Assembly (NCBI RefSeq): GCF_006345805.1
Contig: NC_042997.1
Location: forward strand, 160,456,001-160,520,000
Source: Octopus sinensis
Lineage: Eukaryota
Direction: 5' to 3'
Length of the DNA stretch: 64,000 nucleotides
The position numbers and the translations under genes were made by a program. Under the pieces are notes generated by a model. It was not told the origin of the DNA. It worked only from the letters and a program-made list of their open reading frames with translations, and searched no databases. This document shows, piece after piece, positions 37,942 through 51,226 of the stretch; the first letter of the stretch is position 1; the number at the start of each line of letters is the position of its first letter.

Positions 37942-37979
37942 CTGTTACTCTGAGTTTCTCGTTGCCGTTCATCAGACAG
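37942..37979 (-). ncRNA. Minimal type I hammerhead ribozyme motif in the pLTR
   Basis: ctgt CTGATGA acg-gcaa-cga GAAA ctcagag TA acag. Confidence 0.72.
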
Positions 37980-39969
37980 TTTTTGCTAGAATGGAACTGA
38001 TATATCAATTCAATCCAGACTCTTACAAACGCTACACCTTTAAAAAAAATGGACTTGTTTGATTGGCTCTTTAGAAATAACGGTCAATCTTCGAGCGATA
38101 AACAAAGAAATGAGCTCAAAAATATATGTATATATATATAAAAAAATTATAAAAATTATAAAAATTATAAAATTCGAGGAAAAAACCTTACATTGAATAA
38201 AATACATATTGACGTTAATGAAGGAAATATAATTAATGCATGGAAATTAAAAGCATTATAAATATTACACTGCAATACATATTCATATTAAAGTGTACAT
38301 ATATATATCAACATACACAGAAGGATGCGTGCAAACGCCATACATATACAGACGTATAAATATAAATCTAAAATATACACACAAATGCATGCATACATAT
38401 ATGTACGCAATCTGTCTCGCACGCAAGTTAAAATCATCGATGCTAATGTAGCGTTTCTTATTTACGGAGTAAAGCTTAAGTAAGGGGGACGCAAAGTTGT
38501 ATGTACCAGTATCAGTTAGAGAAAAAAAACGAAAGAAAAGAAGAGAGAGAAAAAGGAACGAAGAAGGGGGAAGGAAAAAAGAAAAAGGAGGGGTGGGGTA
38601 AAAACGAAATAAGAAAAATTAAGTATACAAGCTGTGTAACCGCGTTATTGACATATATAGAGACAAGTATAAAAATACACAAGTTCGAATGGATACATAC
38701 ACATACACTCGCGTATGTGTGTGCTTAAGCACAAACATACGCTCACTTACACAGACACAGAGACGTATGCTTACAAATACATATCCATGGCTATACACAT
38801 ATTTACATCAAAATTCTAAGTTTTGACAACATTGCTTTTTAAAAAAGGTGAGTGCAATAATGAAAAATATACGAAAGACATATAAAAATATAACACCCTA
38901 TGTTGGATCATCTATAAATTAAAAATCAAGGTAATCCTATACAATACAATAACATGAAATAATCAAAGCCGAAGGTTTTTCCTAATGTATATGTAGAAAT
39001 ATAAACAAAATAAACAAAATATATGCATGAGACTTTGCTATACGGAATGAAATCTGCATAGCGCGTAACAAATCCATCGTCGCGTTTACATACTAGTCCA
39101 AGAGTCAAAATCAATATTTCAAAAATCAAAAATACAAAATATATACTCTATCTATATGGTATATTTATATTTGACATTTTAAATTTGGTTGCGTGCCTAC
39201 ATAAGTTCATTAGCTCACTTCTTTGATTCAAAGAATTATTGTCTTTGAATAAAATATACAGTTTCTCTAATAGGCAAAGCTTGCATTAAAAATTATTTCT
39301 GTGTGCTCCATGCCTGTATGGTGCCGCTCTATCCAGAATGCTCCATGTCACGTTGAAAGGTGGGGTTTCCTTTCCTTTTAGTTCCCAGACATATTTTGCT
39401 AGGCTGGTCCTCTTCCTATTCTCTGGGTATCTAAATGAATTTTTATGTGAATAAAATCGTGTTTTAAATGAATTTTCTGAAGCCCCTGTATATGTCTTGT
39501 ATTCCGATGAGCCTTCTATTTGCACCTTGGCTCTATAAACTACTCCTTTAACTAGACATTTCCCTTCTAACGGACACGAGTTTTCGTTTTTGAAATTGCA
39601 TTTCTTAATGGGCTCGGCACCATGTCTAATCTCAATCAGATTCCTAGTATGCTGGCTAATGTAAGAGGCGAAATTTCTGCAACAAGAATAGCTAACCTTC
39701 AGGGTTCTTCTATTAAATATCCTATAGAATTTATGGCCCTGCTTAAAATGCTTAGAGACTAATCTCAAAAATGCCTTACCTATATTAGTCTTTACGGCCA
39801 AATTGAAAGCCCATTCGTTTTTTTCTCTAACTGATACTGGTACATACAACTTTACGTCCCCCTTACTTAAGCTTTACTCCGTAAATAAGAAACGCCACAT
39901 TAGCATCGATGATTTTAACTTGCGTGCGAGATAGATTGCGTACATATATCGGTTCCATTTTAGCAAAAA

Positions 39970-40007
39970 TTGTCTGATGAACGGCAACGAGAAACTCAGA
40001 GTAACAG
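39970..40007 (+). ncRNA. Minimal type I hammerhead ribozyme motif in the inverted pLTR
   Basis: ttgt CTGATGA acg-gcaa-cga GAAA ctcagag TA acag. Confidence 0.72.
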
Positions 40008-40204
40008 ATATTGTTAAATTTTCTGCTGCTTTAAATAAAGCATATTTCTCTACCACTGGTATTTGAGTACTATTTTTTCCACCTTGTTTCACATTTATGT
40101 GTTTACTCCGGTATATATATATATATATATATATACGTTACCTATTATGCGTATATATATCAAGTTTATATTTCTGTGCGTGCGCATGTGTTCATGCATG
40201 TATG

Positions 40205-40238
<34 letters not shown>

Positions 40239-40274
40239 TGTATGTATGTATGTATATATATATATATATATATA

Positions 40275-40313
<39 letters not shown>

Positions 40314-40844
40314 CTATAAAACAATACTGGGAGGATAGAGACGGAACGAAGTGAAAATTCGAAAAGTCGAAAATTCGAACGAACCCGACGCGAGCGCTGT
40401 CAGACAATAGTGTAATAAATAAAATATATGCATACATACAAACATATATGTACGTACCGACATCTACATGTATATATACATGCATATATAAATATATATA
40501 CGTACAGGACACCACAAAAAGACGTAAACTCAACAGAAACGATAACGGAAAAGCCGTTTTGTTACAACAGACGGACGAGAACGAAAACAGGAAAAACATT
40601 AAGTACAACAGAAAAACGAGGTACAGGAGATGCTACACAAGGAAAAATCCCCTTCATCAGCTGTCACTAGCAGACATAGCGTGTTTCGAAGGCAAGACAG
40701 GACACGTCTGGTCATGCTAGGCCTTCCTACGAGAGAATTAAAATAAAATAATCTCGCAGAGGGGTAAAACAAGCAAGAAAAAATGTAACACAAAAAGGGA
40801 CGTAACAAAGAACTGCACAATAAAATACAAGAACAAAATACCAG

Positions 40845-43800
40845 TATTCAACCCAAGAATAACAATGGAGCGGTACGTACTTTAAACTTACAACAAAAAA
40901 TGTACGGAAAGCTACACGTGCGAAATAATGTGACAACAGAAATTAACGGACCGATACCCTACGAAAATGACGACCGTCAAAATAATGGGCCGGGCGTTGT
41001 TCCTCATGTCCCGCAAATAAAACCCAAAAGACATAAATGGACACGTGAGGAATACATTTCTATCTTACACGCATACTTCACAGCAGTGCTCTATCAAAAA
41101 AATGAAAAGACAACAACACATACATATAAAATATGGAAGGAAAATAACATAAATATAGACTTGGATATAGCAATGAACCCTAATAAATTAGCTAACGTAC
41201 GAAGATACATTCTCAAAGCAAAAGAAATATCAGAAATAGAAATAGAACATCTAAAAGAAACAATACACAAGGAAAATGTAGATAGAAGCCACACAACAAT
41301 ACCCAATAATATAAACACTGAAATATTAAAACACGAAGACAAACGAAACATTCCCAACAAACACGATGTAAACAACGAAGGGGAGCCTAATGATTATGAT
41401 AATATAAAAAGTAAAATAATCAAAGAACTGAAAACCACAGAGCTCAAAATGGCCCACCGACCATACCTCCCAAGAATCAAAATAGACGAAACAACAACAC
41501 CAATTATAAACAGCATAAACCTAACCGTCACTGAACTAATAGCCACTGAAACAAAAAGCGACATCACTGAGCTAAATGACTTAGTATACGCAGCAGCCAC
41601 TGCAGCCACAGAAGAAGCTGGATACTCACTCAAACCCATCCAAACAGGAGTACCAACACCCAAACAAACCCTGTGGATAAATAACATCCAAAACAAAATA
41701 CAAAAAATGAGAAAAGATCTGTCGATTCTTAATGAAATCAGCAGACAATCAACGCTACTGAGCAACAAAAAGAAAACAAAAATACTCCGCAAATATAACA
41801 TCACAGAAAAAGATTTACCTGAGATAAAAGAAAAGCTGAAGCAAGATATCCTTGCCAAAGCACAAAGAATCCGCCGGTACGAGAACCGCCAGCGCTTCTT
41901 TGAACAAAACAAAAAGTTCAACTCCAGCCCCAAAAAGTTCTACCAAGAACTTGGCAAAAATAAAATAGAAATCACTGCAGCACCAACGGCAGAAGAAGTG
42001 GAAGAATTCTGGAGAGAAATATGGTCGGCGAACGAACAACCAAAAGAAAGGAGTATCAAAATAACAAACTCGGCATCTGAACAACTTTGGATCACCATAA
42101 CAACTGAAGAGGTCACCCAGGCACTGCAAAGACTAAGCAACTGGAAGGCACCTGGGCATGACAAGATCCCCAACTTCTGGTTGAAATATCTAACAGGAAT
42201 GCACAAAAAGCTGGCTGAAAACTTTAACAACATGCTAGCAGAGCCAGAGACAAGGCCTGAATGGCTCACGAAGGGGAAAACCATCTTAATTCCCAAATCA
42301 AATGAGACAGCAAAACCAGAAAACTACATACCAATAACCTGTCTCCTTACAATGTTCAAGGCATTTACTGCAGTGATATCGCAAAGGTTGAACAAGCACC
42401 TGGACGAAAACAAACTGTTCCCAGAAGAGCAGAAAGGATGCCGCAAAAGCTCATATGGCTGTAAAGATCAACTAATGATTAATAAAGCCATAACTGAAGA
42501 CAGCCACAGAAAGAAGAAAGGCCTCAGTATGGCCTGGATCGACTACAAAAAGGCGTTTGATAGCATCCCCCACACATGGATCCTCGAAACACTAGCCATT
42601 AACAAAGTAGCACCAACAATCATAAAATTCATAGGGCACTCTATGAATAAATGGCAAACAGTCCTACACCTCCAAACAAAAGAGGGACTCATGAAAACCA
42701 AAGACATCCCCATTAGAAGAGGAATATTCCAAGGAGACACGCTCTCTCCACTCCTTTTCTGCTTGGCACTGTGACCCCTATATGATTTGCTAAATAGAAC
42801 TGGATGCGGATATAAATGTTACGGCAAAACGATCAGCCACCTTTTATATATGGATGACCTAAAACTATACGCTGCAAATGACAGCAGCTGGAAACACTAT
42901 TAAAGACTGTTCATGGATTTACCAAAGAAATAGATATAAATTTGGATTAGAAAAATGCGCCAAAGTAACCCTGAAAGAGGAAAACTAGTGAAGAGTAGCA
43001 GCATCACACTAGATAAAACAAATGAAATAAAAGAATTAGACCAAAGCCAAACTTACAAATAATTAGGAATCCATGAACTAGATAAGACCACAACCAACAC
43101 AAATGAAAGAGAAAATAAAAAGAATATTATAGACGAGTTAGATTAATGCTAAAAACAGAGCTCAATGCTAAAAAAAAAAGATAATAGGTATTAACACTTA
43201 GCTGTCCCAGTTATAAGTTACAGCTACAATATCCTTAACTGACACTAAATGAACTGACCAAAATAGATAGGAAAACAAGAAAAATAATGACAGATCTAGG
43301 ATGCATCACCCAAAATCTGACATAGAAAACTATACATACAGGTATAGAAGGTGGTAGAGGCCTCATACAACTGGAAAACTACTATAAAATAACCACCATA
43401 GGATTGCAAAAATACTACTTCAGAATGAAGGAAAACTGATACATATAGCGGCAAAACACGAGCAAAACAAAAAATTGTTGTCAGTATTTAAAGAAGCTGA
43501 CAAATAAAAACAAGAAATCATACCACCTAATAAATATGAAGAAAAGAAGAAGAAGAAGAAGATGAAGAAACAACAAAAGCTATAAAACAAATGAAATCCA
43601 AACTAAAAATCGAACAGCAACGAACCATGATAAAACGATGGCAAGAAAAGCGCCTTCATGGTAAATACTGGACTAAACTAAACGCAAAAGAAATACACAA
43701 AGAAACATCCCAGCAATGGTTGAGAAGCTCAGGACTCAAAGCAGAAACAGAGGGATTTTTAATTGCAGCACAAGACCAAAGCCTCCCCACCAGAAATTAC

Positions 43801-44500
43801 CCAAAACATGTAATGAAAAGAAATATAACAAGTAACTGCAGAATATGTGGAGATGGACAAGAAACAATAAATCATATTATCTCTGGCTGCCCAGTCCTGG
43901 CTAAGAAGGAATATGTTCACAGACATGACAGAGTTGGAACCTACATACACTGGAAGCTATGCCAACATTATAGAATAACAACAGAAAAAAGATGGTATAG
44001 GCACACACCAGAAAAGGTCACAGAAAACGAGAAAGCAGCCATACTCTGCGATATGCCGATACACACAGATAGAGAAATTAAGGCCAACATACCAGATATA
44101 GTTGTCAAAGATCATGAAGAAAAAAATGCTTTCTAATTGATGTATCAATACCGGCTGATGACAACGTGTCTCTAAAAGAAATGGAGAAACTCTCAAAATA
44201 CAAAGACCTGGAAATAGAGGTAGCCAGAATGTGAAATCTAAAGACAGAAACAATTCCTATCATAGTAGGTGCATTAGGCATGATAAAAAAATATTCAGAC
44301 AAATACATAACAAAACACCAGGACTTACAAACACATATAACATACAGAAAATTGCACTACTAGGCACTGCACACATCCTACGCAGAACACTTTCCATACA
44401 ATAACCATCAGAGCATCACAACAAATCACAGCACATACCCAAGGCACACAGAGCGCGCTCGGTAGTAAAGTGATAGCACGCTATAAAAATAAAACTACTG
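40845..44500 (+). mobile_element. R4/Dong-type RLE LINE, family A, copy 2
   Basis: 624-aa ORF at 40900-42774 (N-terminus to RT), frameshifted RT remainder, and 43591-44136 with the CCHC/RLE region. Ends at (TAA)n. Confidence 0.92.
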
Positions 44501-44523
44501 ATATAATGATAATACGAATAATA

Positions 44524-44597
<74 letters not shown>

Positions 44598-44608
44598 TAA
44601 AAATAACG

Positions 44609-45486
44609 TAGGGTTTCTTCATAGCCAACGAGAGAGAAGAACCCTATTCCATATGGAATTACATGGTAAGTTCCACCGTGAAACCAACAAATTAAAAGAC
44701 CAGAAGCATCATAGAGGTGACTTAACAAGGATGACCTAAAAAGGATAGTAAAAGCCTAATCATCGCTACCCACTACAGGCATTAAATACCAATTCAACGA
44801 AAATACATATAACAAACAAGCGCATCGGACCTTTGCAGCATTGTGGGAAGAGGGTCGAAAATGGGACACACATTTTAGTACTTGTGAAAGACTTGTCCAT
44901 GAAGGGTACTAGCGTTGACACTATAAAGTAGCCCCAAACCTCCACTGGCTACTATGCCGTAAGTATGGATATGAGGTTACTGAGTTCAAGGGTGCTTCAT
45001 ACCAACATACACCGGAAAAAGCAATGGACGAAAAAAGGGAGGCAAATCTCCACTGGGACTTCGATTTCCATATAGGCAATGTGTTAGAGCAGCGAAGGCT
45101 AGATAGAGTAACATTTAGGAGGGACAACGAAGAGTGTCTAATAATCGACGTAGCAGTGCCAGGAGATCAACGTATCATGAAAGAAAGAGAAAAAGTAGAT
45201 AAATATGGCGACCTGAAAACTGAGATACGAACATAAAGGTTATCCCTAATAGCATCGGAGCATTAGGTTCAATACCATCTAATCTGAAAAAACATCTGAA
45301 AACTTTAGAGATACCCTACAATCTAGATGTATTGCTAAAGCCGGCACTATTTAGAACTTCATGCATATTGCTTGAAGTACTGTCTGCCTGAAGCCCTTGT
45401 TGTAAATTGACGGATAGTGCAAACTCCCTAGTAGACACAATATCGTCAATCAACCACCCTCACAATATCTAATACTGTTCGACATC

Positions 45487-45540
<54 letters not shown>

Positions 45541-46915
45541 CTAGGTAAAATTGAGCAGTGATTAAGAGGAAACTGGAAAAATGATTCCAGGTTTACCATC
45601 CCTACAGGAAGTGCAAATATCGTATTAACTGGAACGGCTCATGTACTGAGAAGAACACTATCGTTGTGAAAATAACATCCATCCATGAATTTATTTGTTT
45701 ATTAATTTTAAATAAATATTTTATCTGTGAATTTGCGCGTATAATCTGGGAATGCATATAATGCCCTTCTCTGCCCTAGGTGTATGGAAAACACTCGCCG
45801 AGAAACGGAAGAAAATTTGAAGAAAGAAGGAAAAAACATAATAATAATAATATAATAATAATAACAACAACAACAAAAGCAACAATGATAATAATAATAA
45901 TAATAATATAATAATAATAATAATAATAATATAATATAATAATAATCTAGGTAAAATTGAGCAGTGATTAAGAGGAAATTGGAAAAATGGGAAAAAGACC
46001 GACCGAGAAAAATTAGAGAAGAAATATAAAATATGGAGGTTCGGGTATGATGCAGTAATAGAGCAGTTAAAACAGAGAATCATGGCCAAAAGCCGGAAAA
46101 CCAGAAGACTTGTGGACAGAAATAAGTAGTTTGAGGAGGACAGTTTTTTTCAAAAATAACCCGAACGTTAGAAGGAGGGAATGAGGAATATGTTGCTCCT
46201 GCTGGAAATCAAATCAAGGAGTTCTGGAGCGGATTATGGGGAAATAATGTGGTACATAAATGGGATGCAATGTGTGTAGGAACTATCAAGATAGAATTAC
46301 AAGTAGGAAAGAAATAAGGGAATATTGTCATAAGTACGAGCGATGTGAAAGAACAAGTGGGTAAAGTGCCTAACTGGAAAATGTGGAAAATACAAGCGCC
46401 GCCACGATAAAGTGTGCGTGTATCGTCTTTGACTCTTATGCCGTAAATATCAATATGAAGTAACACAGAACTGGTATGATCAAGTAAATATAAGCAGGAG
46501 GATGGAAAAGTAACGATAGTCTGGGACTATAATTTTTAGTCGGATCGTGTAATCGAACACCGTCGGCCGGATATTGTCATATTGAATGGGAGAGAAGAAT
46601 ACTGTCAGATCATTGATGTAGCCATACCAAATGACATGAATGTTGTGAGTAAAGAGGTTAAAAATTCACCAAGTACTCCGAATGGAAAGTGAAAATGGCA
46701 AGACTGTATAGAATGAGAGTGTAAAAATGGGCCCAATCCCTTTGAAACTTCAAGACTTCTTAAGGCAACTGGAAATCCCATGCAAGATTGAGGTCTTGCA
46801 AAAAGCAGCCTTATTGGGCACTGCGCACATCTTAAAGAAAGTATTATCTCTCTGAGGTCCTTGTGACTTAACAGATGACTAAAGACTACGGTGCATTTTT
46901 ACCTACACTATGTTA
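44609..46915 (+). mobile_element. Stack of three older RLE LINE fragments separated by (TAA)n (44609-45490, 45584-45838, 45947-46915)
   Basis: RLE remnants WDFDF..IIDVAVPGD..EKVDKYGDL, IPGLPSLQEVQ (family-B-like 3' end) and RHDK..WDY..RRPDIV..IIDVAIP. Confidence 0.8.
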
Positions 46916-47149
46916 CGAAACAACAACAACAATAATAAAAACGACAACAAGAACAACAATAATAATAATGATGATGATAATGATTATGATGACATCAGGA
47001 CGAAGTATTAGGGGGAAAATGCAAAAACAGACACAAAGTGTGGGGATGTACAAGTAATGAAATGATGAAATAACAAAAACAACGAAAAAGAGTAAATATA
47101 AGTGTCATACAATGAAAAGGAAGGGAAATATACGCAATATACAAAGGCT

Positions 47150-49230
47150 AAAAAGAAAAAAGGCGGGTGATTGAGACGTAGTCCTCCTGATAAAGGATGA
47201 CCTCCAGGGATAATCGAGGATCCCTACTGTGACATATCTCCTTGAAAACCAAGGGCATGTGTCCTCTCCAATTCCTACTCTTCGACTCACAGGTCTACAC
47301 ATACAGAGGTACCATCCACTCTTGTATTTTCGCAACTTTCACCCACCTTTTAATAAATTAACTCGAGAGCAAAACTTCCCACTCTATCCTCCATTTCCTT
47401 TTCATGTGAAACTTGAAGAAACCCCTCAGACCATAACCAAAGAGGAATGTATCTGTCCCCATGCCTTTTAGCTTTGTCCACCAAACAACCTCTTTCGCCA
47501 CAGCCACCAGACGAAAAACATGCCTTGCTTGCTGATTAAAGAAGAGCAGCGAGCAACCATTACTATGCACTCCACCGATAGATGGATCTGTCCCATACGT
47601 GACAGGTGTTCGACATAACCCCACAAATCAGCAATGTCTGGACACTAAACGAGTGCGTGCAGAACAGTTACATCATTCAGTGCGCGCTTCGGAGAAGCCC
47701 GTGTGACAGGACATCCGTGCCTATTGAATTTATCTCGAACCGGAAGCGCCCTGCGGCAGCACTATTTTGGCCAAGAACATATGGAATGTATCCATGATAA
47801 TGACCGACCGGAACGTCTTCCAGAACGCCAAGAACATCGTCGCACTTCGCCAGTAATAATCTATAAATTACTGAAGCAGAACAGCCCACGATCCCATTGT
47901 CCGACTGGTAGATGGCTGTGAGTGCCTGTTGACATACTAGGCGTCAAGCGCCTAGTCGCGGTCTTTTCTTTACCCAGGACTACAGCTCTGTCAAGGAGAC
48001 AAGCTATGGAAAGACGTTCCTCCCAAACGGAGCCCACGCATGCTCACCTTTTAGAAATCATTGCAGGTGGCGCAACGTAACACCGTATCTGCGCATTAGA
48101 AGCCACAGCGTGCCTAAGCCGCCACTCAGAGGGTGCTGGCAGTAGACTGATGGTCTGACCATCGGAACGCAATCCTTCCACAAGAAATTAAATTAGACGT
48201 TCCAACCCAGTCAAGCAGTAACCGGGACAAGGCACAATGATCAGGCGATAAAAGATGAAGTAGGAAATGTAGGCATTCGCCTCCTCTGCCTGATCTTTCA
48301 AGGATAGCTTCCTCTCAGCCATTTCTGGGTAAGACTGGTCACCCTGTTCGTCACTTAGTCTCAGTTCTTACCTTCCTGGAGGGTGGGACCAAACCAGACT
48401 ACGTGCAATTTGACTGGTCTGTCGGTCCAGCGTCCAACGACACCGTCCCATAACATGAACCTGACTATCCAGGAGACTTACCGCAAACAATCGATTTGTC
48501 AGCGGTGCTTTTAGCCCCTGCAACTGACTCATATTCCTCTAGAATGATGCTAAGAGTCTCCAGTTCGTTGGTGTACGCTGATACTGCCTTTCCGCGTCTG
48601 AGTTCGATCTTTCGCAGAAGTAGCTTGAGTACCAATATGCACAGAAGAGGCGACAGCAGGAAGCCCTGACGGATCAAGCATGCGTTGCTAGACTTTTCCG
48701 ATTGGTAGCTGTTTACTTTGACCACCGAACAGATACAGCTGTGCATTGCAGCGAACCAACCTCTGAAACTGTGCCCGAATCCCCTGCTTTCAGGACGGCT
48801 TCCAAGTAGTGATGGTCGACCCTACCGAATGTTTTAGAATGATTAAAATTAATCAGAGCACTCTCGAAGCTAGGTTTGATCCCAGCCCTGTCTATGATGT
48901 ATCGCATAAGGTGGAAGTTGTTGTGGACAGACCTGCCCGGGATTGTGCACCTTTGTGCTTTCGCGGCCAGGCTACCGACAACAAGCGTCAACATTTTCGT
49001 CAACACCTTGGCCAAAATCTTAAACACTGTTTAGCAGAGATGTGAGCTGAAAATTTCCTTGTACGTCCCCATTGTCGGCGTCCTTCCTCAGCAGTGTCAC
49101 CACACTCCGACCAACAGCACTCGGAATTTTCCCTTTCTATTGCCATTTACGGTAAACGTCTGCCAGCAGGTCACAAAACAAATCTGTTGTCATGCTGGAG
49201 CGCCACCGGTGTCTTTTCAGTGGCTATTCT
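47150..49230 (-). mobile_element. Decayed L1/Tx1-like LINE
   Basis: FKILAKVL..Q..IPGRSVHNN..SKTFGRVDHHYL..IRQGFLLSPLL. Boundaries are approximate. Confidence 0.65.
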
Positions 49231-49689
49231 TTACGATTAGCCTTTTATGAAGGAAGGAATTCGAGGCTGCTCCCTTGTTTGAGTTTCTTCATCAGGGACC
49301 TTGGACGGCCGGTGATCAAATTGTTTCCTGAACACTACCGCCTCTACACCATGAAGATGTTTCAGATGTTTTGGGTAGGCATTAAATCCCAACCTATTGC
49401 AATAGTGCATTGTCCTCACTCTAGACGGGATGACGGGTACGTTTGGAACAGTGCAGCGACGTCCAGTTTGTGGTCAGTATAACTCTCGATGCCAAAGTTT
49501 GGTTCCAGTTCCTCCAGGATCTTACACACGTACATCATTACATAGCTCACCTGTCTTCTCTCGAGGGAGCAGAGTTGTAGCTCCCAATAACTCAGTTGTT
49601 ACTTTGATGCAATCTTCCGGGTGTAGGACTACTACACTTCCACTATTTAATTGACTCTGTGGTGTGACCACAGTTGACTGCAGTATTCC

Positions 49690-50400
49690 AGGCAGTTGAG
49701 GACAAATGTCCTCTATAAGTCCAGCATAGTTTTTTGGTCCCTGATTCTGAAGCTTCTGTATTGCATTCTAGTATTGCGCATTCAGTATTTCACTAATCCT
49801 CTGGGGATTTGCAGTGGGTGCCATATTTTTCTCGAGCTGTTACCCCATCTTGTACCGTACTGAAGCAGACACTTTTACAAATTTATTGAAGGATTTGGGG
49901 TTTATCTTTATATTTTTGGCAGCCCTGGATTCTTTCTCTGCTCTCTTCTTTCTTGTTGTAGTGTTTGAATTCATTTTCGATATTATCAATACTTGTTTGA
50001 GATAGAGTCCTTCGCTATCCTGTAGTGGACCATTTAGACAGTTTGAGATATTTACTCGTTGTCTCATTAGAATGGTTCTATCCTTGGGAACTATATTTTC
50101 CCGTTGGGTTGGCGTTCTCTCTGGAACAAACGTACAGCATATCCAAATGCATCATTGACATAAACTGCTATATCTTTATATCAGTTTCATAGGAGACGAA
50201 ATTTGTTCCATGACTTCTTTTTCGATGCCATTCCTATCAGCTTTATGAAAGTTCAGGCTGGAGAGCTGGGTACATGGCCTGCATGTCTACTATTTTCTGT
50301 AGACCATATATCATTAGCTCTATTAAGTTATGGTCTGAGAGAATCGTCAGTGCCACCTAAACATTATGGATGGGCACCACGTTATTCGTGAAGCAGATGC
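49690..50400 (-). mobile_element. Decayed CR1-like LINE fragment
   Basis: EKESRAAKNIKINPKSF resembles the linker EEQWVIKNIKQNPKVF of the 23-27 kb LINE. Confidence 0.5.
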
Positions 50401-50424
50401 CCAGGACATTTTTACCCCTTGTTG

Positions 50425-50457
<33 letters not shown>

Positions 50458-51226
50458 TCGAGGAAAGTAACTGAGAAGAATGAGAAAGAGTCATATATCA
50501 AATATGTAAAGTAACCCCAATATACCATTTGATACGTTCGACATAATTATTATACCACATACACAACAAAGACACATATACAATATATACAATAATTACA
50601 ATCAATTATATTTGCTTCACGATCTTCGGCAAATATGTATGCATATGTGCGCGTGTGTATGTACGTATGCATGTGTTTTTATATGTATATATACACACAT
50701 AATCTATATAAGTGTGTCCACACACACACACGCACACACACATACACGCACACACACATGTACACCTAATAATATGGTAGATACTTTTGTAAGTATTTGT
50801 GTTTAAAGAACAAAAGAAAATTTACCTGAATGGATCACTCCTCCACACTACAGGTATAAACTTGTTTGTGTTTGTTTATGCGTATGTGTTCGTATATTTA
50901 TACACGCGCGCAGATACATACTCATACACACACAAATCACACACTTACACACACGCACTACACATGCACGCACACACACAAATACACACTCACATTCAAT
51001 TAGAACATTTCACGGTATTCAGAAGAAGTTAATCACTATGTATCACGCAATTCAATTTGTTTGCGGAAGCATTTTCACTTTGACTTAAAGAAAAAGGAAA
51101 AGAGCAAAACACAACGATTATTCAATAAGAAATAAATGTAACAAGATAACATTTTATGTATGAGATGTGATAATTACTTCGCGCACGTAAACTTTTGTTT
51201 TGGTATTTATCACAATATGATAAAAT

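Larger units (their letters stand above)
37908..40112 (-). mobile_element. 5'-truncated Penelope-like element (Naiad-like GIY-YIG) with inverted pseudo-LTR
   Basis: VKTNIGK, IFNRRTLKVSYSC, CPLEGKCL, VVYRA..YTG..FKTRF..H, then past one stop CKLCLLEK..LNQRSE..CRH to 39148. About 39815-40040 is an inverted copy of 38396-38533 plus 37908-38003. (TA)n flanks. Confidence 0.88.

Noticed and set aside
39148-39849. Possible selenocysteine recoding, as reported for some Naiad Penelope elements
   Set aside because: The only internal stop in the visible part is TAA, and the conserved Cys positions are not TGA.
40640-40700. Possible type II hammerhead on the minus strand (GAAA..GTC..CTGATGA)
   Set aside because: Stems I and II cannot be closed properly around the core. 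At best a decayed motif.
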